Shown: piece after piece, positions 33,230 through 45,629 of the stretch | Layout: every line of letters begins with the position of its first letter | Numbering within the stretch: position 1 is the stretch's first letter | DNA from: Prorocentrum cordatum | Taxonomy: Eukaryota | Reading direction: 5' to 3' | Length of the DNA stretch: 64,000 nucleotides | Assembly: GCA_963575745.1 (NCBI GenBank) | Contig: CAUYUJ010000015.1 | Location: forward strand, 186,001 to 250,000 | Program-made: the position numbers and the translations under genes | Notes under the pieces: model-generated | Told to the model about the DNA's origin: nothing | Database searches by the model: none | Seen by the model: only the letters and a program-made list of their open reading frames with translations

Positions 33230-34870
33230 GTGGCTGAAGTTGGGTTCTGCGGTGCGGAGTGTTGTTGTACTGCTGCCACGTGTTTTCTGCTCTTATCCCA
33301 CCTCTTGCTACTCTCTCTCGTGCTCCATGCTTCTCCCTCCCCCATTGTTCCTTCCTTCTGTCCGTCTTCCCTTCTTTTTTCAGGGGTAGCACCAAATACG
33401 CGCGGCTGGCAAATAAGATATACCCCCAAGGGGGGAAGATCGAAGACGAAGAGGGCGGGTATCGCGAACAGATAAGAGCGAACAGTTTCGAAACTAATGT
33501 TGTTGCGTTATTGTTGGATTATGATTTCTAACGAATAATGCTTGTTGGTCCCCCTGCCCGGTGAACATTGTGTCTTTCAATGAAAGTGCTCCTCTCGGGC
33601 TCGCACCCTGCTTTTTATCAGGGAACGGATTCCTTATCAAATTGGGTGGCTCCCGGCTTTCAACACACATAACAACGACTATAATTTTAAGACTGTTCGG
33701 TCCAATCTGCTCGCGTCCCATTCAACACGTGTATCCCAAACCTTTTGATACCCGCCTTCTTTGTCTTCGACGTACACCCCTGGGGGTATATTGTTCTTAC
33801 CTGCCACTTGCATTTAGCGCAGCCCTTGAAACAGGGGAAGAGAGGACGGACGGAAGGAGGAGGGTGAAGGATGTAGCACGAGAGAAATTAGCAAAAGGGG
33901 GGCTAGGAACAGAAAACACTTGGCAGAACCAGACGGGCAGATCGGGTGGGCAGATCCAGGTGGGCGGGTCGGGAACGCGGGCCCACGCGGCCAGGTCGAT
34001 CAGGCCGGCTGTTGAAGCGTAAAGCTGCATGAGTCGCGAGGAAGCCTCGAACGATAGCGCGATGCCCAAGTAAGCCGTGAAAAAGGCCAGCGCGGGAGCG
34101 TGATTCCTGAGTCTCGAGAGCGCAGCGTCATAATACATTGCGATGAAGTCCCACGCGAGAGTGCGATTCCCGTTTAAATTTTGAGGGGGTCCCGCGCGAG
34201 AGCGCGATCTTGGAATACATCGAAAGGAAATACCAGGCGGGAGCCGTTGATGCTGTAGTTTGGAACCCAACAACGCAGCTTGCTGGCAACAAGGTTTGCC
34301 TGATAAAAACATGGTGCGAGCCCCGGAAGGAGCATGCTGATTAAACATGTTCAGTGGTCACCCGAAGGGGATATCGACGATAATTGATGAGAAATCAGAA
34401 TTCAGCGGCTCCCGCTTGATATATCCTGACAATGTACGTTTGGTTTCTTTGAGGATCGCGCTGTCGCTCGAACCTTCCTTGCCATTCATTTTCGATTGAC
34501 GCTTCAGCGACCCGCCCGCTCGACCCGGCCGTATGTGCCCGCCCGCCCTACTTGTCCGTTAGGGTCTGCCCGCCCGATCACCCGCTTGGTTTTGCCGCTA
34601 GTATTCCTGATCCGAAATCTTCACCTACAAATGTCTATCGCGTTCCATCCTTCCCCGTCCCCTTTCATCCTCCCTTCCTTCCCCCGTTTTAGCGGTTGCG
34701 CCAATTACGCGCGGCAGGTCATTGGGGAAGGTGCCCCCCGAAGGGGGGCACGATCGAAGACGAAGAGGGCGGGTATCGGGGGTCTTGGATACACGTGAGA
34801 CAAGTTCCACGCGAGCAGATGGGCGAACAGTATTAAAATGATTGTCGTTGATATTGTTGTCGTTTTCGTC
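33230..34870. repeat. Three copies of a ~300-370-bp element: + (33230-33520), - (33660-34022), + (34497-34870)
   Basis: GATCGAAGACGAAGAGGGCGGGTATCG at ~33438 and ~34752; its approximate reverse complement GATACCCGCCTTCTTTGTCTTCGA at ~33747. Confidence 0.75.
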
Positions 34871-34895
34871 GTCGTCTTGGTCGTCGTCGTCATCG

Positions 34896-34917
34896 TCCGT
34901 AGCCATTTAGGCTGAAG
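34896..34917 (+). other. Dinoflagellate spliced-leader relic
   Basis: TCCGTAGCCATTTAGGCTGAAG matches DinoSL at 20/22; ATG follows at 34918; preceded by a (CGT)n tract. Confidence 0.8.
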
Positions 34918-37900
34918 ATGGTTTCGCCCCGTGGCAAGGCACGGATACCGTTGGTCCAGGGCCAGCAACCAGGACCCATTTCCCACGCCTTCCTCGCGCC
35001 CGCGAGGTCGAGCTTCATATCCAACTGCGCACCGCCATGGTTCCTCATCTTCGCGAATTTTGTGACGGTGGTGGCTCGCATGGTGGCAGCGGCCCATCCA
35101 TTCGCAGACCGTGGTGTGCAGTGTGGCCATGGAGACAATAGCAAGGAGGAGGAGGCGGAGGCGAGCAGTTACGTGGACAGAAGGCCTTTTGTCCGAAGTG
35201 CGGCAAGTGGTTCTTCACGGATCGGGTCGCATCGGAGAGTTTTACGCGCAAGTATGGCGCCAGCAGAAGAGGGGTGGAACCACCAGGAGGATCGGGGGCG
35301 GTTCACGCAGTTCGCGAACGTAACGACGGTGACTGGCCAATCCTTGGGGTTGGTGTGCCTATCCAGCGAAGGAAGGTTCTTCATGGAGGAGGACAAGGCG
35401 GCGGACCCAAAGGAGCCAACCAGTTGACGTTTTCAGAGGTTTCCCTGGCGCAATTGCTCGAGCTGGCAGCGGCCAGTGCGGGCGGCAAGCAAAATCAGCA
35501 CCTCTGCGAGATCTTGGCAGCGGCAGCCCAGTACCAGCAGCAGCAGTGCAGCACGCCCCTGGTACACATGACGCGCTGCGGGCTGCTGAGGATCGGGCTC
35601 AGAATGTACAGACGGTGCAAATTAACACATATCGGCGACGGGAGCGGTTCAGAGACGAGCTACGGCAAACAGAGTATGCATGACCTGGCAGTGCGCAGCG
35701 CAGACGTGGCCGCTGCCGAAGACGAAGTCAAAGCGGAACGTCAGCGTCGCCCACTCGGAGGAGCAGCAGCGGCAGAAGCAGCGCGTGGCAAGCCCCAGCG
35801 ACCCTCATTCCCGATTGGCGCCCCCTTGGAGGATCGAGAAGCGCAAGCATGGCTACGTCGCAGTGGTGAAGGAGACAGGCAAGGCAGCCTCTGCGGAGGC
35901 GGCAGGGAATCTCAAGCAGCAGCGTCAGCAAGAGGTCGAGTTCATGGAGCGCACCCAGAAGCAGAAGCGAAGGGTCGGCGACCCTGCCGATCCACCAGTG
36001 GAAGAGGAACCACAGCCAACGCCAACATAATCGAGAAACGGCAGGCCAGCGCCCACAGCGCAGTCGAAGGCGCAGCAGGCGTTGCCCCTGCGGGCGCCAG
36101 CGCCAGCGCAGCTCCTGCATCGCCCTCTGCTGAGGCGCTCACCGAGAAGGAGGCGAAGGATAAGAGGGAGCTGGCAGCAGCAGTGGAGGCAGCGCGGGCA
36201 CGCGCGAAGGCTGGCGGCAGCGCGCAGGTATCATAGCCGCAGCATTTGCATTCACAACCTCTCCACTTGGGGACCGAGGAAGCGGATCGAGTCGCTCATG
36301 GACTCGGTGCCCATCGCCCCCGCGGCGCACGTCGGGGCGGTGGGCAGCAAAGATATCCCAGAGCACCTGGACTACAAGGGCTCGGAGGCGCTGGTCTCGC
36401 CGCCCCAGCAGAGCGCGCGAGCGGAGCGTGCAGCGCGCCCTCATCTTGCCGCGCGGTCATTGCGGCGCCTCGCTGCGAAGAAGGTGCAGGTCGTCGGGCG
36501 GAGGCTGCTTGACGAGGACTGGTCACCAGGGCCGATCGACATCAAGGATATGGTAGCGATCACACGGAGGTGAAAGGGTCACTCAGTCTTCCTGGCCGGC
36601 ACGCGCCTCGCCCCACCGTCGGGGCGAAGGGCGGGGGCCGAGCCGGGGTGGCGAGGCTGGCGGCGATCGCTCGTGGACGCGCTGGGCCACGGGTCGCAGT
36701 TGGCGACTGGGGCACGGAGTTGGCGCGAGCTCGAGCAGGCGGGCTGGATCGGGGTGCTCGACGCGGCGGCGCGCGCGCCGACGGGCGCGCAGCGCGCGTG
36801 CGCGCGTGCGCGCGGGGCCCGGCGAGGATGCTCGACTACGCGTTGTGTTCCGAGCCTTTCCAGCGCATTCTGAAGGAGGTGGTGTCGGACCAGACGGGCC
36901 CAGGCGACCGCTGCGGCGTCGGGCTCCATCTTCGAAGAGAGACGGAATCTGCGCTGATGAGAACGCCCACCCCCCCCAGGCCGATGCCCTTACCAGACGC
37001 GCCGAAGAAGAAGAGGACGCCAAACCCAACAGCAAGCGGCCAAAACAGGAGGCGAAGAAGGAACATCAGCAGAGAGCTGTAACGAGGGCTTAGAGTGCGC
37101 AGCGGGGAACTCGGAGCTTCCGGTTTCTGCGCTGCCCGCCCTTCCAGGTGCGAGGAGCCATGGGTTTGAGCGCGCCCGCTGCAAGGACCTGCCCAACGAG
37201 CGCAGGGTCGCAGACGGCGAGATGGAGGACCTGTTCGGCGGCAACGAGACCAGCGAGGACGTCGGGGAGGCCGGCGGCCACGGCGAGCAGGAGGCCGCGC
37301 AGAAGGTCAAGCGCACGGCCGAGACGGTCTTCGATTTCCCAGCGGGTCAGCGCGACGCGACCTGGCAGCTCGAGATCGAGCAGGCGCCGCGGGGGGGCCG
37401 TCGTTCCTGGAGGTCACCACCCGACTGCATCAAAGGAACGGCGTCCGTCCAGTTCGACCCGTTCGGCGTCTGCGTGTTAGGCGCGGATTTCGGAGCGTGG
37501 GTTCGCGCTGCCGAGCAGCGCTACGTGGGCGTGTTAAAGGTCGAGCCCACGGAGAGGCAAGCTCTGCAGGGGCGGTATAGCCGCTTGCTTCACCGCCCGG
37601 GCCATGCGCATTGGTGACAACGTCGCGTGCGAGATGGGCCCGCCTATCTCGCGGCGGGGCGCGCTGTCGCCCAACCCGGTCGAGCTGCATCGCCGAGAGG
37701 AGAAGGGCGCCGCGGGCAGCGCCTCCTGGCCCGCGTCGAGGCCGCGAGCGGGTCGATTCCCAGCGGCGGCATCGTCGAGATGACAGGCAAGCAGAAGCGC
37801 GAGTGGAGGGCGGCCTTGCGCGGGATCAGCGGCTTGAGCCCCGCGCAGTTTCAGCGCCTCGGAATCGCAGCCGCGGCCGCTGCAAGGGCGGGCGAGCGCG

Positions 37901-39405
37901 CGGAGGCGCGGGGGGGCGCCCGGCAGCGGCAAGCTACACTGACGCGCGCGGGACAAGCTGGGGCGCGTCAACGAGGCCAAGATGGACGAATGGGCCGCGC
38001 CCAACATGTTCGAGCACGCGGACGCGAAGGGCGCGCAGTAGAAGAAGAAGCAGTGGGCCAGTAACTACGCCAGGGCCACCATTTTGGACAGGCTCGCGGA
38101 TGCCAGAGTTGCGGCGCTCGAGGAGGAGTGGGCCCCCGTCGCCACGGGGCGCCTCGACTTCGCGATCGACGGCATGGCGGAGAGCAAGGCGAAAGGGCGT
38201 CGAGCAGATGGGGGGCCTTGGGTCACAAGTGGCTTCCTCCAGGCGCGAGGGAGGAGCTCCTCGACATCTTCGCGAAGGTGGAGAGCACGGGCGCGTGGCC
38301 TCGGCAGCTCCTGGCCACGCTTGTCGGCCTCCTTCGCGAAGACGCCAGGGGCGATCGAGCGATAGGGCCGCTGTCGGAGGCGATGGAGATCTGGCCCAAT
38401 ATCAGGAGCGAGTGCACCGTCGATTGCGCGAAGCACGTAGCAGGCAGGCGGGGCGCCGCGGTGGCGGGCGACAGCGCTCTCGAGGAGGCTTTGTTTCGTT
38501 CGTCCGCCGACGAGGTACTGGAGCGGACGCCCGCGCGGGCATGCGCTGTCGCCGCGCTGAGGGACCTAGCCGAGTTCTACGACGCGTTTGAGCCCATCCC
38601 CATCATGGACGAGGCGCCGCTCAGACTTGGGCCCCCCTGTCCGCACTTTGCGCTTGGAGATGCTGAGTCGCTGGGGCGCTCGGCTCGTCAGAGAGGGGGC
38701 GGCGCGCGCGGGGCCCATCGCTCCCGGTCGATCGATTTGCGCCGGTGCTCGTCGAGGCATCGACTTCGGCAGGGTGGCGCTCTACGCGACGCGACGCTGG
38801 AGAAGGCCGGCAGCAGGTGCCTGCAGGTGTTAGCGCGCTCGCGGGTGGGCGACGTCACGACGAGGATCGAGGGCTCGCGGTTCGAGTTGGCCAAGCAGCT
38901 CGCAGCGCCCGGCGTTGACTTCGCGACGGGCGCCAGGCAGGCCAAGCTCGCGCCGTCGAGCAAGTCTGCCCCGATCGACAACGACACGGGCGCGGCGAAG
39001 GAGGTGTCGCTCAAACTGAGGGCGCGCAACATCACGGTCAGGGCGAAGAGCCAGGCGCCCGTCTTGGGCATCGACAGGGGCCGCAGAATTTGCGGCGGCA
39101 AGCGCGCCGAGCGCGCTGCTCGCGCTGGTCGGCAGGCGGCGAAGGCTTTGAAGATGGCGCGAAGCGGAAGGAGAGCCAGAGACGGAGCAAAGCAGGCCGT
39201 GCAGCGAGGGCCCTTGCCTCGGGCGGCCTGCGCCTGCAAGGTCGGCATGGCCCCGAGCACGGGCGCGAAGTGGAGGCGCAGGCTCGCATCGATGGTGGCC
39301 CCTCGATTTAGGGGCCGCTTCCTTACGACGCTGCTGCAGCTGGAAATCGGGTCGGGCGGCCCCGCGTTCGGTTCGGTCTTCGCGATGCTAGACTCGTGGA
39401 TGTAG
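34896..39405 (+). mobile_element. Decayed SL-headed LINE: ORF1-like region, APE endonuclease and RT remnants, related to the 1323-4373 element; 3'-truncated
   Basis: APE-like IHNLSTWG (~36250), VGDWG (~36700), MLDYAL (~36830); RT-like GDRAIGPL, DLAEFYD, SRVGDV, VLGID in ORF 38128-39405, colinear with the intact RT. Confidence 0.72.
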
Positions 39406-39589
39406 TTTTTTTTTTTCTTCCGAGTATGGCTCTAACACTATCGCCGCGTACATCCGTTGTAAAAGTCTGCAACAGTTTCAAGGGGTTGTATGGGCACGTC
39501 CCCGGAATGGCACGGCGCGACTAAGAATTGTCAGGACGCAACGATCACGTTGCTTTGCGGTGTTGAGGTCCCAGGAAAAGTGTTATGGC

Positions 39590-39830
39590 ACAGCTTCGGA
39601 TTGTCAGGACGCAACAATCACATTTATTGGCGGCCAAGACTGGCGTTCTGGCGCGATTGAGGGTTCTCCGACGGTTGTCTTCAAACGGGGCAGTTCCCGC
39701 TATGCAAGCAAAGTGTTATAAAGACTTATGAAGAGGGAATTTTGAGGGAGGTTTTATTGCAACATCGTTGATGCGCCTTCGGTCAACTTTGGTTTTCCTC
39801 CCCGTCCTCCCGGTTCCTCCTCCTCGTCAT
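39590..39830 (+). repeat. Dispersed repeat family A, copy 3 (3' part), followed by (CAT)n at 39842-39920
   Basis: ATGAAGAGGGAATTTTGAGGGAGGTTTTATTGCAACATCGTTGATG matches copies 1 and 2. Confidence 0.7.
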
Positions 39831-39841
39831 TCTCCTCCTGC

Positions 39842-39921
<80 letters not shown>

Positions 39922-41184
39922 TCCCGCCTGCTCCTCCTTTTCTATTCCGCTGGCCAGGAGCCGGACACGGACGCGGCACGCCCGCGCGCCTTGGAGGATC
40001 CGCTGTGTGGCGTCGACGAGGTTGACGACGACGTCGACTACTGACGACGGTTTCCGAAGGTTTTCGGATTTGGGGAGGGGGGGCGGTGGGCTTCCCAGCA
40101 ATAGTGCCTCGCCGAGAGCCTTCCGAGAGGCTTCCAAACCTGTTCCGCAAGGTGCTCTCAATGGTGCCCTTGTGATAAAACGTGGTTTGCATGATGTTCG
40201 ACAGCGATGGCCCCGTCGATGTTGAGAAATGGAATATGGATGTAGAGTGGTACTCAATAGCGTCATGGATCCTGGCCCTGTCTTGGCATTCCGGCGCTAA
40301 AACCGGATGGTACTATATGAGATTGTCAGCCGATGCAAGATGTTGCAACATTGGCGATTGTGCTCAAATCATGGCCGTCAGTTTAAAAGAGACAATGTCG
40401 AAGTTACCTCCGGAATTTGAGGAGTTCATCAGTAAGCTGTAGCAGGTGATCCACTGCACGCAGTGTTGCTGATTGAGCGGAGCGGACGCTGACATTTGGC
40501 CGAATGGCCAAATATATCATGAACATTGTGCTGAGGCGCAGAAGTGCCTACATGCAATACATCCTCATCCTCCCCCACTCCCCCCTCCTGCGCCTGTCAT
40601 CCTCCTACACTTCATCCATTCCCATGTTGCTCCCCGGGGTCCTCCCCTCCTGCAATCCTGCTCCTCCCCTTCTCTTGCTCCTCATCCTCCTCAATTTCTC
40701 CCCCCTCCTTCCCTCTGTTCTACCTTTTAAGCACTTCTCTTCCTGTTTGTACCCGCATCCCTAAGACGTGCCATCCAGAGTTGTCAAGGCCTAGCACCTT
40801 GCTCGTGAGTCCTGGACAGCGCGCTACGCATGCAGGCTGGGCGCTGAAAGGGGATGGGCCGAAGGGGGTGTGCGGCCTTCTGAGAAGACAGAAGACTTCT
40901 TTGAAGCCCTCTTGTCTTCTGGTACGCCTCCTTCGAAGCCTCCGAGCCTTTCGAAAAGCACACCCCCTGTTGCGCGCCGTCACTAACCTTCTCTGTCCAC
41001 TGTTCGTCGGCGGCTCTTGAGCGCTCGATGGTTGCGCAGGCACGCGGGGGCGCCCCGGCTTGCTCCAGCCCCAGGAGCACGCGGCGAAGCCGCACCCGCA
41101 GCTTCCGGCGACGGCGACGATCGTTGCCCCGCGCTGCCAGGACAGTGCTTCGGGGGAATATCGGGATTCAGGCTGGGGCAGTGA

Positions 41185-41388
41185 CGGTGATGGTGGTGGG
41201 CATGATGACGATGATGATGCGATGGAGATGTTGTTGATGAGGTTGATGAGGTTGATGTGTATAGTGATGTTGATGGTGATATTAGTGGAAGTGATGATGA
41301 TGATGATCATCATCATCATCATGATGATGATAATGAAGAAGATGATGATGATGATGATGCTGATGCTGATGCTGATGCTGATGCTGAC

Positions 41389-41446
<58 letters not shown>

Positions 41447-41470
41447 CTGATGATGATGATGATGTTGGTG
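41185..41470. repeat. (GAT)n microsatellite, imperfect
   Basis: Direct reading. Confidence 0.95.
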
Positions 41471-42619
41471 GCATGTAGGTGTTGATATTACGGTTGCGAA
41501 AGATGACGATGGTGGTGTTTATTTGAACGGCTTATTGTTAAGGCGTCTATATCGAGGACGCCTCCGGCGAATCACCGCTACCCCTTGCCTTTTAGAAGCG
41601 CCGATGTGGCTGAACGGTGTCGCCACAGCTTGGACAAGCTATCGGAGGATGAGAAGGATAGTAAGGCCTCTTGGGAGCCTCTTGGGGCAGTGTCAGGGCC
41701 TCCTGGGAGATTCAGGGGGGGGGGGCTCGTGGAGGCCTCTTGGGGGCCTCCCGTCTCAGGGAGTTGCTGACCCGTCTGACGGCGTCAGAAGCCGTCTTGG
41801 GGGCCTCCTCGGGCCGTCTTGGAGCTCTCTGGGGGCCATCTCCTCTGGGGCCGTCCTGCGCCATGTTGGGATCATCTTGGGCCGTTGGCGCTTTCGTTCG
41901 ATCCCGGCGAACGAGCCATGCGCCGAGCCCGCGCGGGGCACCGCTCCCAGGCGAAAATGCGCACGGAGCTCGGGCGGGGGCGACAGGTCGACCCCCGCGC
42001 GTGCCCCCCAAAACTGGCGAGCTTCGGGCGAAATCTCCTCCTCCTCCTCCTCCTCCTCCTCCTCCTCCTCCTCCTCCCCCCTCCTCCTCCTCCTCCCCCT
42101 CCTCCTCCTCCTCCTCTGCGCGACGCCAGGGCGCTGAGCTGCATCCTCGCCCGCTCGCGCGTCGACGAGAGTGGCCGTGCGGAAAAAAAGTGTGCGCCGT
42201 GCCCCCGCGGGAGCCCATCAGGAGGGGAAAAAACACACAGACACAATTAATCGTCGATTCCCCAGAAAATATGGGAAAATATGGGAAGTGGGGGGGAAGA
42301 CAAAAACCCAGAAAATATGGAAAAATATTGGGAATATTTTTATTTGTGTGTATTTATTTGTGTGTCCTGGGGCCCCTTCAGCCCAATGCTCCAGAAAACG
42401 GAGCGCAGCGCCAGGGCGAGAGCGACGCTTCGGCCTCGCGTGCTGGATGTGCGCCCCGCCCCGCCTCCTGCCGCGCATCCTGCAACATGGGCGACCCGAC
42501 GTCTATGTCAGGGCGACATTGGTGCTGTAGCCTCTGGCATGCAGGACGGGACCATCCAGATCGGGTCGCTATCGGCTGGCCAGGTGGCAGAACGACAGCA
42601 TATACGAACACGGAATACG

Positions 42620-45135
42620 GATTGATTAGAGCAGGTAGAGTGGAGAAGAGCAGGGCAGCGCAGAACAGGGTAGAGCAGAGTAGAATACGGTAAACGGTAG
42701 AATAGAGACGGGCAGAACAGAGTTGGGCAGAGTAGAGTAGAGCCCACCTCAGCTGGTCCAGTCCACACGAGTCCTGTCTATTTCAGTTCACCCCGGGTCA
42801 GTCTTCTGGTATATATACGCACGGTTTATTATGTGTCCGCATGGTTTCCTCTGTATCTGATTGGCTTCGTCTGCTATCCGCGTGGCTTCCTCTGTATCCG
42901 CATGGTTTCCATTGCTATTCACATTAGAGTATGGTAGAGCAGAGTAGAGTCAAGTAGACAAGAGTTGATGGGTAGAGTCGAGCATAATCGAATAGAGTAG
43001 AGTAGGGTAAGGCGGAGTAGAGCAGGGTGGTGTTAAGGAATGGAGTCAAGTAGGATAGGGTATAGTAGGTGTAGGGTGGAGCAGGGTGGGAGTAGAGCAA
43101 AGTAGAGACGGGTCGAGAAGATTCGAGTAGAGTAGGTTGGGGCATATGGTAGGATAGGGTAGGGACGAGTAAGGTAGGGTAGAGTAGAGCAGAGCAGATC
43201 AGAGTAAGGCAGATGGTGGAGTGATGTCGGGTATACGAAGGCAGAGTCGAGTAGTGCAGAGAAGAGTTGAGTAGGAAAGAGTAGAACAGATGAGTAGAGT
43301 ATAGCATAATAGAGTAGAGCACAGTAGAGTCGAGTAGAGGAGAGAAGAGCATACTAGAATAGGAGAAGAGTGAGCAGAACATGAGTAGGGAATAATAGAG
43401 CAGGAGTAGAGTGGATTAGAGTAGAGTGGGGTTGAGTAGAGTGGGGTTGAGTAGAGTAGGGTCGAGTCGAGCAGAGTAGGGTAGACTTGGACAGGTGGTG
43501 GAGTAGAGTTGGTAATGCTATGAAAGGGTAGGGTACAGTAGGGCAGGGTACAGTGGAGCAGGGCAGGGTAGAGTACAGCAGAGTAGGTTAGGTTAGGGCT
43601 GAGTAGGGTAAGGTAGAGTAGAGGAGGGGGGCAAGGCAGACTAGAGTAGAGTAGAGTAGGGTAACTGGTCGAGTAGAGTCAGGTACATAGGAGAGAAAGG
43701 TGGAGTAGAGTCCACCCCAGTCCAGTCGAGTATACTCCAGCCCAGTCTACGTTAGTTCACTCGAGTCCACTTAATTTCAGTCTGCTAATATGTTTGTGGT
43801 CTGCGCTGGCTGATCTGTTCGAATTTCATGTGGTGCGCAGGAGTTTCACCAACGTGGCCAGGCAGGCGTGCGGGAAGAGCGCGCCCACCAAACCATATGA
43901 TTCACGCGTTCTCCAACTCGGCTTGCTTGTAGCATCCCCAGCCCAATGCACATAGAGAACTGCTCCACTGCCCCCCCTCCATCCACCCTCCCAGTTTGTC
44001 TTAGCACTGCACTGTCAAATTATCCCAAAGGCACATTATGCGCCCTTGCGCGGGTCAAACTGTCCCAACCCAATGGTTCTTTCCGTATCAGCATGGTTTC
44101 CTTTGCTACCTGCATTGCTTCGTCTGTATCCTCATGGCTTCCTCTGCTATCCGCATGGCTTCCTCTGTATTCGCACGGCTTCCTTCTTGCATCCGCATGA
44201 TTTCCTCTGTATCCGAGTGGCTCCCTTTGCATCTGCATGGCTTTCCGTGTCCAGTCGAATGGCGTTCCAACGCTCGCACAATAATCGTCAAACTTGGGAA
44301 TAGAGTATGGGCGTAGATTGGAACAGAGTAAAGTAGTGCAGAGCAGGGTGGATCAATCGAGTCAAGAATAATACATTAGAGTAGAGCATAGCAGAACAGA
44401 GTAGGGTAGAGTAGAGTGGAGTAGAGTCGAAGCGAGGAGGTGACAGTAGAGCAGAGTAGAGAAAGGTACATGAGTCACGTAGAGCAACTTAGAGTTTGAT
44501 AGAGTATAGTTGGCTAATTTTGAGTAGAGTGGAGTAGGGGCGGTAAGAGAGGCGAGCAGAGTAGAGTAGAGTAGAGTATATTAGGCGTGCAGTTGGCTAG
44601 AGTAGGGTAGAGTAGGGTAGGGTAGAGCAGGGTAGAGTAGAGCAGGGTAGAGAAGAGTAGGGTAGCTGATAGAGTAGAGCTGGGTGCATTACACTATCAT
44701 AGAGTAGAGCTCATTCGAGCAGGGTCGAGTAGGACTCGAGTAGAGTGGAGTAACGTCGAAGCGGAGAATAGAGCTGAGCAGGAGCAGAGTACATTAGCAG
44801 TGGAGTAGAGTCGAATCGAGTAGAGTAGAGTATAAGTAGAGTGTAACGAAGTATGGGAGAGTAGAGTCGGATAGAGTAGGGTCGCGTAGGATAGAGTATA
44901 TTAAGGTAGGATAGGGTAGAGTGCAGTTGGCTAGAGCAGAATAGAGTAGAGTAGAGGGTCGGGCAAGTGGTAGGGTGAGTCGAGTCGAAAAGGATAGGGT
45001 AGAGTAGTGTAGATCGGAGTCGAGTCCACCCCAGGCTAGTCCAGTCTAGCCCAGTCCAGTCTACTTCAGTGCACTCCAGTCCGCTTCATGCCAGTCTGCT
45101 CGTCTATCTATCCGCATGGTTTCCTCTATATCCGC
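42620..45135. repeat. Composite satellite: degenerate (GAGTA)n blocks alternating with CCAGT-rich linkers and 20-bp CCGCATGGYTTCCTCTGTAT units
   Basis: GAGTA-type blocks at ~42620-42740, 42925-43710, 44300-45025; 20-mers at ~42837-42910, 44085-44240, 45110-45135. Confidence 0.85.
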
Positions 45136-45629
45136 AGTGCCTCAGGGAGCCCCAGGAAGTTCCGGAAGGCGGCAGGAGGCACGAGGAGGCCCCAGAGGCC
45201 CCAGAAGGCTCCACGGGGCCCCAGGAGGTCCCAGGAGGCTCCCAGAAGACCCAAAAGGCCCCAGGAGGTCATATGGTCCATCGCGCGGGAGGGAAGGAGG
45301 AGGAGGAGGAAGAAGATGAGGAAGAGGAGGAGGAGGAGGAGGCGGAGGAGCGGGAGGAGAAAGAAGGAGAGGAGAAGGAGGAGAGGGAGGAGTCACGAGG
45401 ACGAGCAAGAGGAGGAGCAGGAGGAGGTGAATGATCAACAAGCAGCGGCGGAGGAGGAGCAGGAGGAGGAGGGAGGGCAGAGGGAGGGAGGAAATGAGAT
45501 TGGGGGAGTAAGTGGAGGAAGGAGAGGAGGAGGAGAACGAGGAGACCAAGACAGGCGATGGGACAAGGACCAAGGGACAGGAGCCCAACAACACGAGAAA
45601 GGAGCGAGGGGAAGATGGGACAAGACCAG

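Noticed and set aside
41012..41038. Minus-strand SL-like sequence (..CCATCGAGCGCTCAAG)
   Set aside because: Too many mismatches to the DinoSL.
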